This document shows positions 1-8,861 of a DNA stretch of 27,270 nt, one piece after another. Each line of letters begins with the position of its first letter. Within the stretch, counting starts at the first letter, position 1. Source of the stretch: Myxococcales bacterium. GTDB lineage: Bacteria > Myxococcota_A > Polyangia > Polyangiales > Polyangiaceae. The stretch spans positions 1-27,270 of the forward strand of contig JAYTOU010000099.1 of assembly GCA_043747615.1 (NCBI GenBank), given 5' to 3'. The position numbers were made by a program, and so were the translations under genes. The notes beneath the pieces were generated by a model that was given only the letters and a program-made list of their open reading frames with translations, was not told the DNA's origin and searched no databases.

Positions 1-98
1 GCATGTTCCCACCGGACGAATTGAAACCACGCCACGCCCACGATGGCCATGATGAAGATGCCAATCAAAAGCGCGTACACACCAGACATGTCGAGCAT
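1..98 (-). CDS. 5' end of a putative membrane protein running off the left edge (partial)
   Basis: Manual translation gives MLDMSGVYALLIGIFIMAIVGVAWFQFVRWEH..., a single hydrophobic helix, open to the window edge. Confidence 0.4.
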   Translation of the reverse strand, partial: MLDMSGVYALLIGIFIMAIVGVAWFQFVRWEH

Positions 99-170
99 CA
101 GCGCTTCTTTTCTTTTTTGCAGATTCTGACCCAGCAAATAGTGACGCGCATCTCCGACCGGACAACACGT

Positions 171-1058
171 TTAGGCCGACGTGTCAGCGTGCTGCTCGAA
201 CTTCACGATGATCGCACTCTTGTCGGCATTGAACGCGAGCTTGATCTCGTCCGACAGGTACACCACCGTGCCTTGAATCGCGGCCGAGCTCGTGCTCCAC
301 GTGCACCACGCCCAGCTCCCCGCACTTTGGAAGGGCTCGCGCGAACGGAGACAGGGTCCGAGTGGGAGCCAGGTTGCGGGCTCTTCGTCGACAATCATGG
401 GAAGGGTTGCCCCATTGGCCAGGATGCGCCATTCGTCGAACTCCCCATTTTGCTCGAACGTGATCAGGACGTCGCGAAGCCAGACCTTCTTCGGAACCTC
501 GGGAGGCGGAAGGATGTCGACAACCTCGTACGCCAAGAGCTCGGCCGAGGATGCACCCATGTGTCCATAGCCCTCCTTGCCCGCGTGCCAGAAGCCGCAC
601 GCCCTCACACGCTTCGTGACGTGCGGCGCCCCTGAGGCAAAACCGATCGGTGCCTCGAGCCACGCGCCCGCGAACGACGACCGTTCGAATCCGAATGACC
701 ACTGGCCGACGACTTCGACATGAGCATTGTGGAACCGAGCGGGATCGGCGCGTAGGTCATGCTCCGTAACGCGCGTAGGAGTGCGGGGCAGTCCGAGCGC
801 TTCATCGATTGCGGCGCAGGCGTTGGCTGCGTCCGACGGGCTTGCGAACGGGCCAAGGTGTCGTTCGCTCAGCGACTCATTCCCAGTGGCGTACGCGTGA
901 AAGCACCCAGTGAGAACGACGTATCTATTTTTTGGACGCGTCCGCACGACGAGGGACTCCGTTGCCCACGTTTGCACGGCGCCCAGTGTGAAACGCACGC
1001 GATCGACTCGAGGGCGGCTGATGCTCAGTATTGGTAGCGGCGCCGATGCCTTAGCCAT
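171..1058 (-). CDS. hypothetical protein (~295 aa)
   Basis: Long ORF with normal protein composition from ATG 1058 (MAKASAPL...). It contains GQWSFGFERSSF...GYGHMG. The upstream part of ORF 171..1313 overlaps the next gene and was excluded. Confidence 0.7.
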   Translation of the reverse strand: MAKASAPLPILSISRPRVDRVRFTLGAVQTWATESLVVRTRPKNRYVVLTGCFHAYATGNESLSERHLGPFASPSDAANACAAIDEALGLPRTPTRVTEHDLRADPARFHNAHVEVVGQWSFGFERSSFAGAWLEAPIGFASGAPHVTKRVRACGFWHAGKEGYGHMGASSAELLAYEVVDILPPPEVPKKVWLRDVLITFEQNGEFDEWRILANGATLPMIVDEEPATWLPLGPCLRSREPFQSAGSWAWCTWSTSSAAIQGTVVYLSDEIKLAFNADKSAIIVKFEQHADTSA

Positions 1059-1144
1059 GTTCGTCCTTGTCTGCGGCAATGCCGCTGAGAGGGGGCCTCT
1101 CGATGTGAGCGTCGAAGTCCGCGACGTCACCGGCGTAGAGTTCG

Positions 1145-1720
1145 CTACTGACACGACGTCACGGCGATGGCCGGTGAGAGGCACCTGAGAATGGCGTTGG
1201 TGGGGGAGCACGAGTCCACCTCTTCGCCCGCCCCCGTGCAGGCCTGCATTGAGCAGCCGCAGCTGGCATTGCCCTGCGAGCGACAGCAGTGTCCGCCTGC
1301 GGGCTTCGCGCACTCCGCAATCCGGGTGCCGTTAAAGCCCTCTTCCACCGTCGTACATTCGCAAAAAGAGCCCGACGACGACGCCGTGTAGCTCATACAC
1401 GTGGTGGGATCGCTCGCGCACTCGCACTGCGTCGTTGCGCCGGTGCCGTCGATCGTCGCGCAGCAGTGACCTGGTCTCCCTAGCGACTGCGGTGAGCACG
1501 CGCCGATCTTCGTCGCCGCAACCGCGCAGGTGCAGTTGCGCCCGCCTCCAGCACCATTGTCCTTACACGCGAGCGTTCCTGGCGGCGCCGCGCCCGGCGT
1601 TCCTGCCGCGCCACCATCTGCGCCTTCCCCGGCTTTTCCGACGTTGATCGTCGAGCCGCAGGCGAGGAACGTGAACGCAACGAGCGCGAGAAAAGGCAAC
1701 CCTGAGTGACGAGCCATCAT
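1145..1720 (-). CDS. Cys-rich lipoprotein
   Basis: GGAGG precedes ATGATG. Signal peptide with lipobox FLA-C, followed by more than 20 Cys in CxC/CC patterns typical of myxobacterial secreted proteins. Confidence 0.85.
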   Translation of the reverse strand: MMARHSGLPFLALVAFTFLACGSTINVGKAGEGADGGAAGTPGAAPPGTLACKDNGAGGGRNCTCAVAATKIGACSPQSLGRPGHCCATIDGTGATTQCECASDPTTCMSYTASSSGSFCECTTVEEGFNGTRIAECAKPAGGHCCRSQGNASCGCSMQACTGAGEEVDSCSPTNAILRCLSPAIAVTSCQ

Positions 1721-2062
1721 CGACCTCCACCTGCTTTGCATTGCAACACCGAGGATTGCCCAAAGCAGGAGGCTTTTGTCATGAAATCCTCCGCGGCCGG
1801 CGATCGGGGTGCAATCGCCCGTGAATCACGCACGAATCGCTCCTCTCGCATTTGCCGGCGCCCCTTGGCCTCCGCATCATCGGGCGCGGCGGCAAGAAGC
1901 CCTGCGGCCCGTACACATCGCGTGTCGCGCAAGACGCCTGCGCGGGGATCCCGTTCACGAGAAAATCGCATACACCGTCGACAGGCCCGGGGCCGAGGGC
2001 TTCGGTCCCGAAACACGGGTAGGCGCGTAGTCGCGTGCGCCCGGCCTTGGTAACGTATCCGC

Positions 2063-2737
2063 GTGACGCAAAGCCGCCGCACCTCGGGACCCATCGAGCT
2101 ATCACCCGTGCTCGCAACAACGCTTGTTGCGATCCGCTCGCAGCTCGGCTTTTCTGCTCCGCCCGAAGTCGCGCTCGAAGGGCTCGTCGCCGTCGAGCAG
2201 CACCTCCGAGGGACCATCCCCGACGACTTGCTCGCGTTGCTGATCGCGACTGGGCAGTCGCTCGGCTCGCTCGCCACGATGACGCAATCCGTCTCCTCAT
2301 TCTACGAAGGCATGGGAGAGAAAGGGTGGCGGAAGCGAATGAAGTTCGCCCATGTCGCCTTCGATGACACGTACAACGCCGACGAGGGCCCGCTCTGCGC
2401 GACGCTTGGAGATGACGAGGCGACGATCTCGTTCTGGTTCCTACGAAAGGGCGAGGCATGGGCCCCGACGTTCCTCGTGCCAGGCGAGCCGCCAGTGGTC
2501 TCCTACTGCCGCTGGAAATACCCGACGGTAGATTTCACCGCGCGGATCGACCCGGCGTTGCTCGCCGCGTTCCAGCCTTGTGTCGTCGCGTCCTCAGCGG
2601 CAAAAGAGCGGCGCGTCAAGCACCCGAAATTCGGCGAGGGCGTTGTGGTTCAAGCCATTGCGCCCGACAAGCTCGAAATCGACTTCGGGGCACACGGGGT
2701 GCGTAAGCTCCTGGCCTCGGCGGTCGAGGATACGTAG
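2063..2737 (+). CDS. SMI1/KNR4(SUKH)-like protein with C-terminal PcrA/UvrD-type Tudor domain
   Basis: The N-terminus LVAVEQHLRGTIPDDLLALL resembles the SUKH motif. The C-terminus RVKHPKFGEGVV...KLEIDFGAHGVRKLL matches the PcrA/UvrD C-terminal Tudor motif. An extended -10 (TGGTAACGT) lies 6 nt before the GTG. Confidence 0.75.
   Translation: MTQSRRTSGPIELSPVLATTLVAIRSQLGFSAPPEVALEGLVAVEQHLRGTIPDDLLALLIATGQSLGSLATMTQSVSSFYEGMGEKGWRKRMKFAHVAFDDTYNADEGPLCATLGDDEATISFWFLRKGEAWAPTFLVPGEPPVVSYCRWKYPTVDFTARIDPALLAAFQPCVVASSAAKERRVKHPKFGEGVVVQAIAPDKLEIDFGAHGVRKLLASAVEDT
2631..2737 (+). repeat. 107-bp dispersed direct repeat, copy 1 (copy 2 at 7547-7653)
   Basis: Direct comparison shows 105/107 identity. 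Confidence 0.95.
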
Positions 2738-2982
2738 GAGAGCCCGGACGGTCGGGTGACACGCACGCGGTTGCCGCGGTCGCGAGCGCGGCCAAGAATC
2801 CCGGCGCGTTCACCGTCGTTGCGCGCCTTGGTGAGAGGCGCATGTCGCGCTACTTTCGCGCGCGCGCCGCTTTCCTTGCCGACGAATTCGAGTCTCGCGA
2901 GCTCGTCGAGCAGCGGTCAGCAGGCCAAGCGAAGCTTCTGCATCGCCGACTGTCGTAATCACGTCGGGGAGGCCAACGATTG

Positions 2983-3195
2983 TTAACTAACTAGTTGGAG
3001 CTCGCCCGGAATCCCCGCCATGACGGAACGCACGATCTCCTGCGTTCCGTCGGTGGAGCCGGTGTCGACGATCACCCACGACGAGACGATCGATTTGACC
3101 GAAGCGAGGCAGCGCTCGATCACGTGAGCCTCGTTCTTGACGATCATCGTGAGACAGATCGTCGGCGCGCGCGAGGCTCGTTCCATTTCCGTCAC
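2983..3195 (-). pseudogene. N-terminal fragment of a family 2 glycosyltransferase
   Basis: ICLTMIVKNEAHVIERCLASVK...VIVDTGSTDGT is a typical GT2 N-terminus. It ends after about 67 aa, before the DxD motif. Confidence 0.85.
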
Positions 3196-3227
3196 GTTAG
3201 CTGACGCACGTCCGCGAGCGGACGAGC

Positions 3228-3264
3228 AAAATAGACAAGGGCGGCCGCAGCTGGCGACCGCCCT
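3228..3264 (-). terminator. probable intrinsic terminator
   Basis: Minus strand reads GGGCGGTCGC-CAGCT-GCGGCCGCCC then TTGTCTATTTT, about 30 nt after the stop at 3293. Confidence 0.65.
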
Positions 3265-3292
3265 CGCGGTTTACCTCACGAAATCACGCGTG

Positions 3293-4846
3293 CTACTGCA
3301 GCGTGTGGGTCGTAGAGACCGCGCCGAAATTGTGCGTGTCCGACGTTCCCCCGACTGCGGCGAAGACCGCGCCGCCGGTCCTGCCCCCGAATCCGTCGTG
3401 GGTACTGTATCGGCCTACCGACCAATCGAAGTAGACGCCGTCGATCGCCCCGCTGCCCGTCGCCGTGTCGGTCGCCACGAAGACGCCCGAGGCATCGTAA
3501 ACGGTGTAGGCGAGGTTGGTGCTGGAGCCTTCATCGTTGGCGAAGTAGTAGTACGCACCGTCCCAGGCAAATGTGCTCCCGAAACACGCGCTTCCAGCCG
3601 TGCATTTGGCCGCCGCGGGGAGCGCCGTTCCGGAAAGCGTAACGTCGCCTAGCCAGGTCAGGTTGGGGGATCCCGCAGTGGTACCGTAGCGCTTGATGAG
3701 CGAGCCGCCGTCGTAACACAAGAAACGATTTCCGGAAGAGGAGTGCAAGGTGCAGCTTCCCGCGAAGGCGTCGCTGAAGACCGCGCTGACACCCGCCGTG
3801 AGAAGCCCGGTGCTGGTGCTGATCGTGGCCACCATGACCAAGCTCGCGGTCCCCGCTCCGACGCCGGTGCCGGCGCTGGTCGCGGCATTGCTGAAGACCA
3901 CCGTGTTCGTGGCTGGAATTTGCACCATGCGCTCGTGGAAATTCGTTCCGACGTTCGGACCGGCTGTGTAGTTGTTCGTCGACTCCGCGAAGGCCCAGTA
4001 CCCCTGGGTGCTGTATTCGCCAGTGACGATGACGTTGGACTGCCTGTTCCAGATACTGTTCGTGAGGTTGTTGCCGAATCGGTACGTCTCCGCAGTGGCG
4101 TTGAAGACGGTCGCGTGGGTTGGTGCGCCGGTCAGCGCGAAATACCCGAGCGAAGCGTTGCAAACGTAGGCCGTCGAAGTGACCTCACCTGCGTCGAGCA
4201 CGTTGTTGCTGTTGCTATCGAGGCCGGACTCGATCTTCACGCCGCCCCCGCCGCAGTTCCCTCCGGCAGGTTCGGTGGTCAGCTTGATGAGGGAATTGAG
4301 CCCGCTGGCTCCCGTTGCTCCCGTTGCGCCCGCGTCGCCCTGCGCGCCCGTTGCTCCGGTGGGCCCTGCGTCACCGCGGGTCGCCGCGCCGTTGCAGCTG
4401 AACGTCGCGACGAACTCGCCGGCGTCGAGAACGCCGTTGCGATTCGCGTCGATGCCGGTTTTTACCTCCAGGCCGCCGGCAGGGCAGTTCGCGTCTCCGA
4501 CCGGGAGGCTGCTTCCTTCGACGAGGGCCGCGGGCGCAGAGACGCCGGCTTCGCCGTTCGCACCGTTGCCGCCGACGGGGCCGCTCGCGCCGTCGCAGAT
4601 GAAGACGCTGCCGGAGACCTCCGCGTCATCGAGCTTTCCGTCCGCGTTCTTGTCCTGCCCGAAATCGACCTTGCTGCCGCCGTTCGCGCAGTTCGCGCCC
4701 GCGGCCTCTTTGCTGGTGCGGGTCACGGCGCTCGCGCCCGACGTCCCGGGCGTTCCGGCCGTTCCCGAGCATGCGGCGAGAAGCGCCAGCACCGAGATGC
4801 CGGTAAGACCTGCGTAGACTCCAGATCTCTTATTGATCGTCTTCAT
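3293..4846 (-). CDS. lipoprotein with three Cys/Ca-binding-like repeats (DUF7151-like), collagen-like linkers and a beta-rich C-terminal domain
   Basis: MKTINKR...LLAA-C lipobox. Three NC..GG....G.D.N.(D/N)..LD..E......C repeats are separated by G-X-X runs. Confidence 0.85.
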   Translation of the reverse strand: MKTINKRSGVYAGLTGISVLALLAACSGTAGTPGTSGASAVTRTSKEAAGANCANGGSKVDFGQDKNADGKLDDAEVSGSVFICDGASGPVGGNGANGEAGVSAPAALVEGSSLPVGDANCPAGGLEVKTGIDANRNGVLDAGEFVATFSCNGAATRGDAGPTGATGAQGDAGATGATGASGLNSLIKLTTEPAGGNCGGGGVKIESGLDSNSNNVLDAGEVTSTAYVCNASLGYFALTGAPTHATVFNATAETYRFGNNLTNSIWNRQSNVIVTGEYSTQGYWAFAESTNNYTAGPNVGTNFHERMVQIPATNTVVFSNAATSAGTGVGAGTASLVMVATISTSTGLLTAGVSAVFSDAFAGSCTLHSSSGNRFLCYDGGSLIKRYGTTAGSPNLTWLGDVTLSGTALPAAAKCTAGSACFGSTFAWDGAYYYFANDEGSSTNLAYTVYDASGVFVATDTATGSGAIDGVYFDWSVGRYSTHDGFGGRTGGAVFAAVGGTSDTHNFGAVSTTHTLQ

Positions 4847-4993
4847 TTTCGATGAACTTTCCGCGGCGCGCGCGAAGGTCGAACGGCGGCCACGGTAGAG
4901 CGATACGGGCGCGGATAGAATCGCGATAGCGCAATCGTGAAAGTCATATCGATCGCGACGACAAGCGGGGAGCCCACGTACGGGTAGGCAATC

Positions 4994-5186
4994 ATGGTCG
5001 GCGGTGTCGACGAGCTCTACGGCGCCGTCGAGCTCAACGACGCAGGCGCGGTCACCTACTTCGGACAGCGCGGCGTTGAGCTGGATGAGCGCGAAGGCCG
5101 ACTGCTCGCTCCACAGCGGCATCGACGTCGCGACCGCGAAATACATTGGGATCGGCTTTCGCTGCTGCGCCGACGCGCTGCCCTGA
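4994..5186 (+). pseudogene. C-terminal fragment of an FGE-sulfatase (SUMF1/formylglycine-generating enzyme) domain protein, frameshifted
   Basis: MVGGVDE...QRG, then a one-base shift near 5075, then LSWMSAKADC...YIGIGFRCCADALP*. This fits the family motif order M.GNV.E ... RGGSW ... GFRCC. Confidence 0.65.
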
Positions 5187-5202
5187 TGCGTACCTCGCGC
5201 CG

Positions 5203-6003
5203 CTACTGACCGACGATCTTCCGCGGCCCGTTCCCGTCGAGGAGATCGACTGGGCTGCATTTGTCGATGTGACCGAGGAGGCCGCGGTAGAGCCCGTAGC
5301 CAACGAGCTTGCGGAGACGCGGCGAGAATCCGCGCGCGATTTCGAGCGGAATCCCCACCTGCTGATTTTCTTGCTGGCGAAGGAAGCCCGCGCAGTAGTT
5401 CATGGCGATGCCGACCCGGCGCTCGCGGGTGAGGTTCGCGCCGCCTCCGTGCCAGAGACTACCGTCGAAGACGAGGACGCTTCCGCGCTTCATTTCTGCG
5501 GGGATCGTGTCGTAGGTGGTGCCGAGCTCCGGCGAGGTGGCGCTGCGGTGTGAGCCCGGGATGAGGCGGGTCGCGCCGTTCGCGCCGGTGAAATCGGTGA
5601 GCGCCCACATCGTGTTGCAGATGATCGAGACGTGCGGCTTCGGCAGCGGAATGAGCATGTCGTCGGCGTGGATCGGTTGCGCGGTCTCTCCGGGGCCGAT
5701 GCTGATCGACGAGAGCGACGAGACGAGGCAGCCGCGATCGAGGACGCGCTCGACGACGGGAAGAACGCGCTCGTGGACCGGGATCTGCTCGAAGGTTCTT
5801 CCGTGAGCGAGGAGATTGTAGATGCGAACCGTGTTTACCCCTTCGAAGACGTTCGTGCCCGGAAGGACGCCGAGCGAGGTTTCGAGACGGAGGAGATCGG
5901 ACGCAAGCGCATCGAGAAGCGCGGGCTCGATGGCGTTCTCGATCACGGTGAAGCCGTCCCGCTCCATCGCCGCGACGTGGTGCTCGAGCTCGCTCAATTG
6001 CAC
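5203..6003 (-). CDS. phytanoyl-CoA dioxygenase (PhyH) family 2OG-Fe(II) oxygenase
   Basis: DGFTVIENAI, HxD (IHADD), WALTDFTGANGATRLIPGSH and distal His (LWHGGG). The GTG at 6003 overlaps the end of the upstream gene. Confidence 0.92.
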   Translation of the reverse strand: MQLSELEHHVAAMERDGFTVIENAIEPALLDALASDLLRLETSLGVLPGTNVFEGVNTVRIYNLLAHGRTFEQIPVHERVLPVVERVLDRGCLVSSLSSISIGPGETAQPIHADDMLIPLPKPHVSIICNTMWALTDFTGANGATRLIPGSHRSATSPELGTTYDTIPAEMKRGSVLVFDGSLWHGGGANLTRERRVGIAMNYCAGFLRQQENQQVGIPLEIARGFSPRLRKLVGYGLYRGLLGHIDKCSPVDLLDGNGPRKIVGQ

Positions 6004-6557
6004 CCGGCGCCGAGGGCTTCGCAGGTCTGTCCGCTCGACAGCGCGAAGCAGATCGGACTCCCGTTGCAGTGGCAGCACGACGCCGCCGACCCGCAGGTGA
6101 CCGTGCCGCACAGGCTTCCGGGATTCTTCTGGCAGGTGCCGTGGACGACGCACGTATAGAGCGACGGACACGTTCCGCAGGAGCCGCCGCAGCCATCGTC
6201 GCCGCAGTCCTGCGTCCCGCAGAAGGGCGTGCAGCACTGTCCGGCATCAGTGCAGATCGTCTTCGTGCTGCCGAGGCAGGTCGGGCAGGTTCCGCCGCAG
6301 CCGTTGTCGCCGCATCGTCCCGGGGCACACGCGGGAACGCACGCCGCGCCGTCCGAGGGCATTGCATCCGCGTGGCTCTGCGAATCCGCGGCGGTGGTCG
6401 CGTCGCTCTTGCCTCCACCGTCCGCATCATCGGGAGTCGTGCTGCCGCCGTCGTCGCCGCCGTCCATGTCGAGCGCGACCTGGCGAAAACCGCTGCACGC
6501 GACCACCGCGAGACCGAGAAACGAGGCGAAGATCGGCTTTCGGAGAGAAGCGAGCAT
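5994..6557 (-). CDS. Cys-rich lipoprotein
   Basis: Lipobox VVA-C, D/G-rich linker, and repeated CGD(N/D)GCGG.C.TC motifs. Confidence 0.85.
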   Translation of the reverse strand: MLASLRKPIFASFLGLAVVACSGFRQVALDMDGGDDGGSTTPDDADGGGKSDATTAADSQSHADAMPSDGAACVPACAPGRCGDNGCGGTCPTCLGSTKTICTDAGQCCTPFCGTQDCGDDGCGGSCGTCPSLYTCVVHGTCQKNPGSLCGTVTCGSAASCCHCNGSPICFALSSGQTCEALGAGCN

Positions 6558-6597
6558 GCGTCACCTGGTACGGGGTTTCCTACGATAGCATCCCCTC

Positions 6598-7229
6598 ATT
6601 ACCACCACCTCGACCGCACGCTCGACTGCTCTGGTGACCGGTGCCTCTGGGGGAATCGGCGCCGACATCGCGACGCTCCTCGCCGAGCAGAAGCACGACC
6701 TCGTTCTCGTGACCCGCTCTCGCGCCAAGCTCGACGAGCTCGCCGCCTCGCTCGAAAAAGCGCACGGCATCAAGACCACGGTCATCACCGCCGACCTCAC
6801 CGATCCCAATGCCCCCGAGGCGATCTTCGAGGCCGTCGACGCCGCCGGCATCTCCATCTTGCCGAAGATGATCGCCGACAAAAAAGGGATGATCATGAAT
6901 GTCGGCTCCACGGCGGGGTTCGTTCCCGGCCCGCTCATGGCCGTCTACTACGCGAGCAAGGCCTACGTGCTGTCACTCTCGGTGGCCATGGCGAACGAGC
7001 TCGAGGGGACCGGCGTGAGCGTGACCTGCCTCTGCCCGGGCGCAACCAAGACCGCCTTCGACACATGGAGTCGATGGCCGTCGCGCGCGCCGGCGTGGAG
7101 GCAATGATGAGCGGCGACGTCATCTGCATCCCGGGGTTCATGAACCGCCTGATGGCCAGCACCACGGGCCTCGCGCCGCGGGTGATCCTCGCGAAGATCG
7201 CGCGCACCTATCAAGAGCCTGCGTCGTAG
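6598..7229 (+). pseudogene. short-chain dehydrogenase/reductase with internal deletions and a frameshift
   Basis: TGASGGIG and YYASKAY motifs are present. The NNAG-containing segment is missing at 6858/6859. The frame changes at about 7063-7065 into MESMAVARAG...PGFMNR. The apparent start codon is ATT (6598). Confidence 0.85.
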
Positions 7230-7403
7230 TCGCGTGCCGGATCTATTTCCGCCGGGCCCTCCTCTCGGCAAGGGCGCAGGAAGGCGAGCGAGGGCACGAA
7301 CGAGCCAGCGTGAGCCGCGCGTCGTGAATCGAATGTCGCGCTCGTCCGCGTAAGCGAGCCCAAGCGCGCGAGCGTGCGCCCGCATTCCTCACGCCCGACC
7401 GAT

Positions 7404-7418
7404 TGGCACTCACGTTGC
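7404..7418 (+). promoter_or_regulatory. sigma54 -24/-12 promoter
   Basis: TGGCACT-CACG-TTGC has exact GG-N10-GC spacing and lies upstream of GGAGG (7451) and ATG 7460. Confidence 0.75.
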
Positions 7419-7459
7419 GTTAGGAGCTGAGACTCGTTCCCAAAAGACGTGGAGGAAGC

Positions 7460-7653
7460 ATGATTCACTTCGAGGCGGTTCGTCTCTCGCACGCCGCCAA
7501 TGTGGCCTCGCTGATCGCTGGCTTTTCCATCGCGGCCTGCGGAAGCTCGGCGAGGGCGTTGTGGTTCAAGCCATTGCGCCCGACAAGCTCGAAATCGACT
7601 TCGGGGCACACGGGGTGCGTAAGCTCCTGGCCTCGGCCGTGGAGGATACGTAG
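7460..7653 (+). pseudogene. chimeric remnant: lipoprotein signal peptide fused out of frame to a duplicated Tudor-domain fragment
   Basis: MIHFEAVRLSHAANVASLIAGFSIAA-CGS is directly followed at 7547 by the copy of 2631-2737. Confidence 0.6.
7547..7653 (+). repeat. 107-bp dispersed direct repeat, copy 2
   Basis: Matches 2631-2737 with two substitutions. Confidence 0.95.
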
Positions 7654-7749
7654 AAGCGCAGCGCCGGAATGTAGACCAGTGCCAATACCCAGCCGTCCAC
7701 ACCGCGCCTAGCGCCGGCGAAGGCGGCTGAGCGAGCTAGAGTGGAAGGC

Positions 7750-8043
7750 GTGAGCTCCGCGTCTTTGTTCGACTGGTGGTTTCGCGATCGCGCCTCGGGC
7801 CGAGTCGTCATCGCCCAATTCCCAAATGCTGCAGTCTCCGTTTGGCTGGTGGCCACCGTGCTGCATTCAATCCTGGGAACGCTCCCCCACGCCGATGTAC
7901 TGCGATGGCTCGCCAGCGGAGCGCTCGTCGCGTGGGGCGTGGACGAGCTCCTGCGCGGCGCAAATCCTTTCCGCCGGTCCCTCGGCGCGTTCGCCGTCGG
8001 TTACGAGCTTTGGGTGCTCGTACTCGTCTTTCGTGGCGCCTGA
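7750..8043 (+). CDS. small integral membrane protein
   Basis: Three hydrophobic segments with W.FRDR..G.VVIAQ.PN and DELLRG.NPFRR.LG. TAGAGT lies 7 nt before GTG 7750. Confidence 0.75.
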   Translation: MSSASLFDWWFRDRASGRVVIAQFPNAAVSVWLVATVLHSILGTLPHADVLRWLASGALVAWGVDELLRGANPFRRSLGAFAVGYELWVLVLVFRGA

Positions 8044-8329
8044 GCGCTTCTTCAATCACGACCTCGCGCGCCGAAGCATCACCGCGGACTATTTTCGGCC
8101 GAATCCCGGCCTTTGCTCGACGCCACACAACGAGCGATAGGGCTTGGCGGAGCGACGGAGCTGGGCGTCATGCTTCGCGTTGGGTTCGACTGAACCGAGG
8201 CGGCATGATCAGACGGTGTCAATAGTGGCACTACGGGGAATGGCGTCGAGGAAGCGGAAGCACAAGTAGGCCCGACGACACGCAGACGAAAATGGACAAC
8301 GAGCAAGGAGTACGAACCGCCCGCACATC

Positions 8330-8439
8330 CGACCCACCCACCGCCGACGAGCATCGCGACGACGACGGCCAGCATGGCTTTCACGATGAGCAACCCAACC
8401 CCCGCGAACTCCGCGCGGTACGTGGGGTAGTCACACGGG
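8330..8439 (-). repeat. orphan copy of part of the membrane-protein gene at 16534-16655
   Basis: Matches 16534-16655 with three transitions and a 12-bp deletion. Confidence 0.95.
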
Positions 8440-8606
8440 CTCGCTCCTGACGGCAAATATGGAATCTCATCGTCAAAGGGGGTGCCGGCTGCAAGGTCTC
8501 GCTCGCTCCCGGCGGCGTTTCGACGACGCGCGCTTCTGCACCGCTCACGATCGACAGCATGGATGCGTGCTCGGGAAATAGTTATGATCGACAGCGGAGG
8601 TAGTGC

Positions 8607-8861
8607 TTGAAACGCAAGGCCGCGGAGCGAGGGCACGAGCTTATGACTTCGTTCAGTGGTGCGCTGGCCGAGTCGGTAGAGGTCGGCGAAGCCAGTGGCA
8701 ACGCCGAGGAGACCGGACACTACCGCGAGGCCGTCACCATGCTCCTCGGAGCGATGCTCGAGGAAATCATGGTTTCCATTTACGATCAGCATCCGGCCCT
8801 CATCCCGAGCGCGCTGAAGGAGTCGCTCACCGCGCGCGCCAAGAAAAAGGCAAAGAAATAA
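8607..8861 (+). CDS. small hypothetical protein
   Basis: GGAGG precedes TTG. Helical protein with YREAV..LLG.ML.EIM..IY..HP.L.P, directly abutting the kinase gene. Confidence 0.7.
   Translation: MKRKAAERGHELMTSFSGALAESVEVGEASGNAEETGHYREAVTMLLGAMLEEIMVSIYDQHPALIPSALKESLTARAKKKAKK

Noticed and set aside
4847..5260. N-terminal extension of the 3293-5260 ORF
   Set aside because: The lipoprotein leader starts at 4846. The extension overlaps the dioxygenase end and the opposite-strand FGE fragment.
2026..7237. Shared 13-mer CGTAGTCGCGTGC at 2026 and 7225 as an attachment site
   Set aside because: A few 13-bp matches are expected by chance in 27 kb of GC-rich sequence, and no integrase is present.
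2631..7653. DGR template/variable repeat pair (a ~107-bp copy of a gene's 3' end)
   Set aside because: The differences are G/C swaps, not adenine-specific, and no reverse transcriptase is present in the window. The 8330/16534 pair also lacks a consistent adenine pattern.
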